Below, piece after piece: positions 60,011 to 64,000 of a DNA stretch of 64,000 nt. The notes beneath the pieces were generated by a model. It ran no database searches. It had not been told where the DNA came from and saw only the letters and a program-made list of their open reading frames with translations. The DNA is from Rhizodiscina lignyota. Lineage: Eukaryota. Position 1 is the first letter of the stretch. Each line of letters opens with the position of its first letter. Both the position numbers and the translations under genes were made by a program. The DNA lies in NCBI GenBank assembly GCA_010015805.1, contig ML978135.1, positions 248,001-312,000 of the forward strand, read 5' to 3'.

Positions 60011-61137
60011 TCATTTGACTCTAAACTTGAACTCGTCCCTCCGATCCAGATATAGGACTTTGTCGCTCAGACCGGCATCTTCCATCACCTTTTTAAAGTC
60101 GCTCAACGGTGAAAGGAAGACGTCATAATCACTACGAAGCACGACGATTAGTTTTCCATGGTTGGACGGTCGCAGCACAAACTTACTCGAAATGAATTGG
60201 AATCGTCAGATCCGGACTGATGAGCCGCACGAGCTCAATACCCTGCTTGGCGTCCATGGTCACCATCAGAAGTGGCATCTTGGGTCCTGGTAAGGTTGTC
60301 CCGCCAAGGTGGATAAGCATTAGATCAATTCCTTTATTCTTATAACGTTCAGGAATCTCTTTGAGCTCGTCCACAAACAGGGTATCACCGGAGATGTAGA
60401 TTCTACGACTCGTTAGCGTTACACTCTCGGGGACCATTGGATATCATATACCGGTAGCCGCTCTGGAAACTATCTTCGCCTTGGCCGCTGGGAATGTATC
60501 CGAGCTCAAGCATCCACCCATTTGTCGGAGGAACGGCATGCAAGAGATCATTTGCTTTATCCACAGGCCCAGGAGGAACATGTTTCCCCGGCATTCCTGT
60601 GACCTTGATCGAAAGCTGTTTGTTTCCCTCCGCAGCGCCATCTTTGATGTCAATAAAGCAGCTGTCGAAGAAGTCCAGATCCGTAACTGCTGTGAACTCA
60701 TCCTCTCCCTTCTTCGTCGGCGCCGTGAGACACGATTTTGCGTGTGGCGTCGTGATGATGGGTAGATCCCTCCTGAGTTCGTCTTCAACGATCTGGTCGA
60801 AATGGTCTCCGTGGTAATGGCTAAGCAGCACTAAATCAATGTGTGGAAGGTCATGCAAGTCAATGGCAGGATCTTTAAGTCGTACACCGGACACGCCAGG
60901 TCCGAGGTGTACGTGATCTCCAGCGTGAAGGAAGTTTGGATCAGTCAGAAGGCGGATGCCCTGCCAGGACAGGATTGTCGTCGCATTGCCAATGAACATG
61001 AGTTGAGCATCTTCGGAACCATCACTACCTTTCGGATGGACCTTAGTCTCCTTCGCCCCTACCAGAGACGTGGGAGGATGGAGGTGCTTGCGGGTTGGAG
61101 GTTGAGGATTGTTTGGATCGAGAGTGAGATGCTTCAT
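60011..61137 (-). CDS. Metallo-beta-lactamase-fold hydrolase (3 exons)
   Basis: LLTDPNF, LLSHYHGDHFD (HxHxDH), IYISGDT and IPIHF.DYDVF. Confidence 0.9.
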
Positions 61138-62347
61138 CGTTTGGGATTGTTATGGCTGTAATTTAACACCAGAACTATAATAAACGTTCAGGAGAGAGAT
61201 TTGATTGTGAATTATAGATCCTGGAACTGGCATGAAGGGGCTTTTACAGCAGGATAACGTCACCACTTTGTAAAGCTGGAGAACCCTCCATTCTCGTCCT
61301 TACCTTATACCTTCGTCGCTCCATAGCTTTAGTAGAGCCTCTCGCGCGAGAACATGAACCTCCGTACTATTCCATCCTATTTCATCGCTTTCTGGGAATG
61401 GGGCTGCACGAGCGGCACAGATTCCTTGCCCTAGTTGGTGCCTCATCCTTTTGCATATCCATCCAGGGTTGCTTCCCACTTGTTTCCCCACATTGTTCGA
61501 ATAAAAATTCCGCGAGAAGCCGTAAGCAAGTGCGCGAGAGAGGAAGCTAAGATATCTTAAGCTTAAGACAGTGCCTTGGATATGGCGCTGGTTTGGATCG
61601 TCGATGTCGATCAGAGGTACATACAATCTGGATTGAACGAAGACGACGCGCGAGAGGCGCGAGAGGCAGACGCGTCGGTTCAGTCAGCACTCGGCGCCGG
61701 ACTAAGTACCCTAGGGATCACCCATCGTTAAGTATTTTAGCATTAATCCCGCTTGCCCACTCGTAGATCAAGCCTTCGTTCAAATGCAGAGTCTATGTAG
61801 AATATGTACCAACTTTGAAAGTCCAATGAGACAAAAGGTGTAGTGACAGTAGAAGATGTTCCCCGAACTGTTGAACTGATTGTGTGATGCCCTCAATAAT
61901 ACCTCCTAAGATATGCGCTTATCGTAGTCCTTCAATAAACGTCTAACCGATCCATAGCGATCCAAACACTGAACGCCTGCATTTGTTGCCATTGTACGCG
62001 GAATGCCAACGGCATAGACAGCCACAGTACTCTCAAGCGTACTATCATATCTGGACACACCTTCGTATCTTGGACATACATATGAAGTTCTCGATGTCTA
62101 GTTGAGCAATGGTTCTTTTCCGTCAGGGTCTGATGGTTGCTCAACCATATTCCCGCAGGCCCAAAGACTTTGTTCTGCTAATCTATCGCAGAACGCTGGA
62201 GTTCGTTTTTATAATCTGCAAAGTTTTCCATGCTCTGCACATGCACATCACTCAAGCATGTATACGGTTATACTCGGAGGGAGAACTTGCATAATTCTAG
62301 GTCTTGAGGAAATGTGCAAGGGAATAGTGCTAGTCTACCACAGGGAA

Positions 62348-64000
62348 TCAACTCATAGGGACGAAAATATTGCCATCTACATCGTAAGCAGCATCTTCAG
62401 GAACCACAACCTGCCCTACCAAGTCGTCATTGTCCATGCTCAAGGCCCCGCGCATCGACTCGACCATTTGATGGTACTGCACCACTACTTCCCTCACAGT
62501 GCCATTCTGCGACACCACACAGTGACGGATACCCGCGGTATCACCGCCGTCCATCTGCCAAGCTACCGCGTGACCAGTAGCTCCGAAAGCCCAAATGACA
62601 GGTCCGACATCACGTGACTGATTGATAGCGAGATCCACGATGCCGTCGTCCAGCTCGTCGATGATGGTACCGCGAATGTATAGAGGCCAGAGTGAATTTG
62701 AATCCGAGTCAGACTGTGACGGCGTAGGTGAGTCGTCCGGAGCCTCGGGATTGTCAGAGTGATACGGCCACCATCTCTGCCAGGCATTGGGACCGCTGTC
62801 TTCACCAGCCGGCCAGAATGGCATGCTATCCACACCGACGACGTCACCATCAACGCTTTGTTCCGTCCGAGAAAAGCGGAAAGTATCGGCAGGAACGCAG
62901 TAGAGTACGACGGCACCACCATAGGCAGCCACAATTCTTGGTCCATACCTCAGATTGCAGGTGGCGCAGTATAGACGTGGAACTTTTTCAACACCTGGCG
63001 GCGACGGGAAAATGATCTTGCGGAGGAGTTTCGTCCGCCCGCCCAACGGTGCGTCGGTACCGAGACACAGAAAGCCGGTAATTGGATCCGTGAACAGGAC
63101 GTGGAAGCCGTCGGAGAGAGGCACAGCGCGGTAGTGGTCATAATGTGAGACGGTGACTGCAGCGACTGGCTGCCGGGTGGAGTCGAAGCCAAAACCACCC
63201 CAAAGTGTACTCAACCATGCTTGACTGGTGCTGTAACTTCTCCTCAAGATCGGGTGGGCGGCACTTGAGATCAACCGCAGCTTCTTCGTAGAATCCACTC
63301 CAACACGCGGTGGCAGAAAGTATAAGTAGTCCGACGGCTCAGTAAGTGGAAACCAGCGATTAAGCGACTGCCCTGATAGGGCATCTACCCAGTGCAGCTC
63401 AATGCCAGCGGAGCACCCAAAGGCCACGCAGCGACGTTGAGGGCAAATTGCAACACTGCGCGGCGGGTCGTCTTCGGAACACAGATGGCGATAGATGCTA
63501 CGATTGCCAAGTTCGAGAGGAACGGTCGAGGAAGCTTCCGACGAAGTCGGATCGAACTTTCGGAACTGAGGCTGCTCGGTAGGAAGAGGAATCCTTCCAG
63601 AATTGAACCGCATGTTCCACTCCGTGTTGATCCAGTTCTGCTCGTACATCTGCACGTCGCTCGCATCGTCTAGCTGGTGTTGTCTAGTCCCGTTCCTCGC
63701 GGCAACGGAGTCGAAGGCAGGTGGTGTAACTGTCTCGAGCAACACGGACGGCTTATCGTCGTACTGATCCCTTCCTACTTGCATGTCGCAGACTATTCCC
63801 ATCCGTCCGTCCAGCAGAGCAGCCACAGCAAATCTGCAGGAGGATGCATCCATGCCCATCGCCAGTACCCGTCTAGGGCACACGATAGTTGTCAACGGCC
63901 TGATGCTGTTTCCTTCCAATGCGTAAACGTAAATGATGCCGGCTTCGGCGACCATCAAGAACTCGCCGCAGACACTGACTGTAAACACAAGTCCGGAGGA
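62348..64000 (-). CDS. Conserved fungal protein, probably F-box family with beta-propeller-like region; 5' end beyond window
   Basis: Open frame to the window edge; CSEDDPPRSVAICPQRRCVAFGC.AGIELHWVD block recognised from fungal F-box proteins. The F-box itself is not in the window. Confidence 0.7.
   Translation of the reverse strand, partial: SSGLVFTVSVCGEFLMVAEAGIIYVYALEGNSIRPLTTIVCPRRVLAMGMDASSCRFAVAALLDGRMGIVCDMQVGRDQYDDKPSVLLETVTPPAFDSVAARNGTRQHQLDDASDVQMYEQNWINTEWNMRFNSGRIPLPTEQPQFRKFDPTSSEASSTVPLELGNRSIYRHLCSEDDPPRSVAICPQRRCVAFGCSAGIELHWVDALSGQSLNRWFPLTEPSDYLYFLPPRVGVDSTKKLRLISSAAHPILRRSYSTSQAWLSTLWGGFGFDSTRQPVAAVTVSHYDHYRAVPLSDGFHVLFTDPITGFLCLGTDAPLGGRTKLLRKIIFPSPPGVEKVPRLYCATCNLRYGPRIVAAYGGAVVLYCVPADTFRFSRTEQSVDGDVVGVDSMPFWPAGEDSGPNAWQRWWPYHSDNPEAPDDSPTPSQSDSDSNSLWPLYIRGTIIDELDDGIVDLAINQSRDVGPVIWAFGATGHAVAWQMDGGDTAGIRHCVVSQNGTVREVVVQYHQMVESMRGALSMDNDDLVGQVVVPEDAAYDVDGNIFVPMS

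Noticed and set aside
61300..62340. Short ORFs between the metallo-hydrolase and the F-box-family gene
   Set aside because: No recognisable motifs or consistent exon chain.

Overview
Gene-dense, intron-containing DNA from a filamentous ascomycete (GT-AG introns with CTRAC branch sites, Zn2Cys6 factors, HET domains). Conserved genes include RPB11, CYP15/PPWD1, RPL38, a GH3 glycosidase, permeases and a partial F-box-family gene. They alternate with accessory blocks. The best candidate for an undescribed system is at 4.7-8.5 kb: two spliced UstYa/DUF3328 oxidase genes, each with two HxxHC motifs, sit head-to-head with a three-exon 66-aa secreted precursor that the ORF track misses (signal peptide, propeptide, KR, then AENSVDSTSLTEYEDYF-stop). 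This looks like a minimal fungal RiPP (dikaritin-like) locus with a single, non-repeated core. It lies between decayed N- and C-terminal parts of HET-domain genes. Other points of interest: a block resembling a secondary-metabolite cluster but lacking a core synthase (30.5-45.7 kb), a patatin/DUF6594 divergent pair, tandem paralogues of an uncharacterised family, a HET protein with a ~400-aa insertion, a RIP-like dispersed direct repeat, and long self-complementary introns. All splice models and family calls were made by eye; no searches were run.
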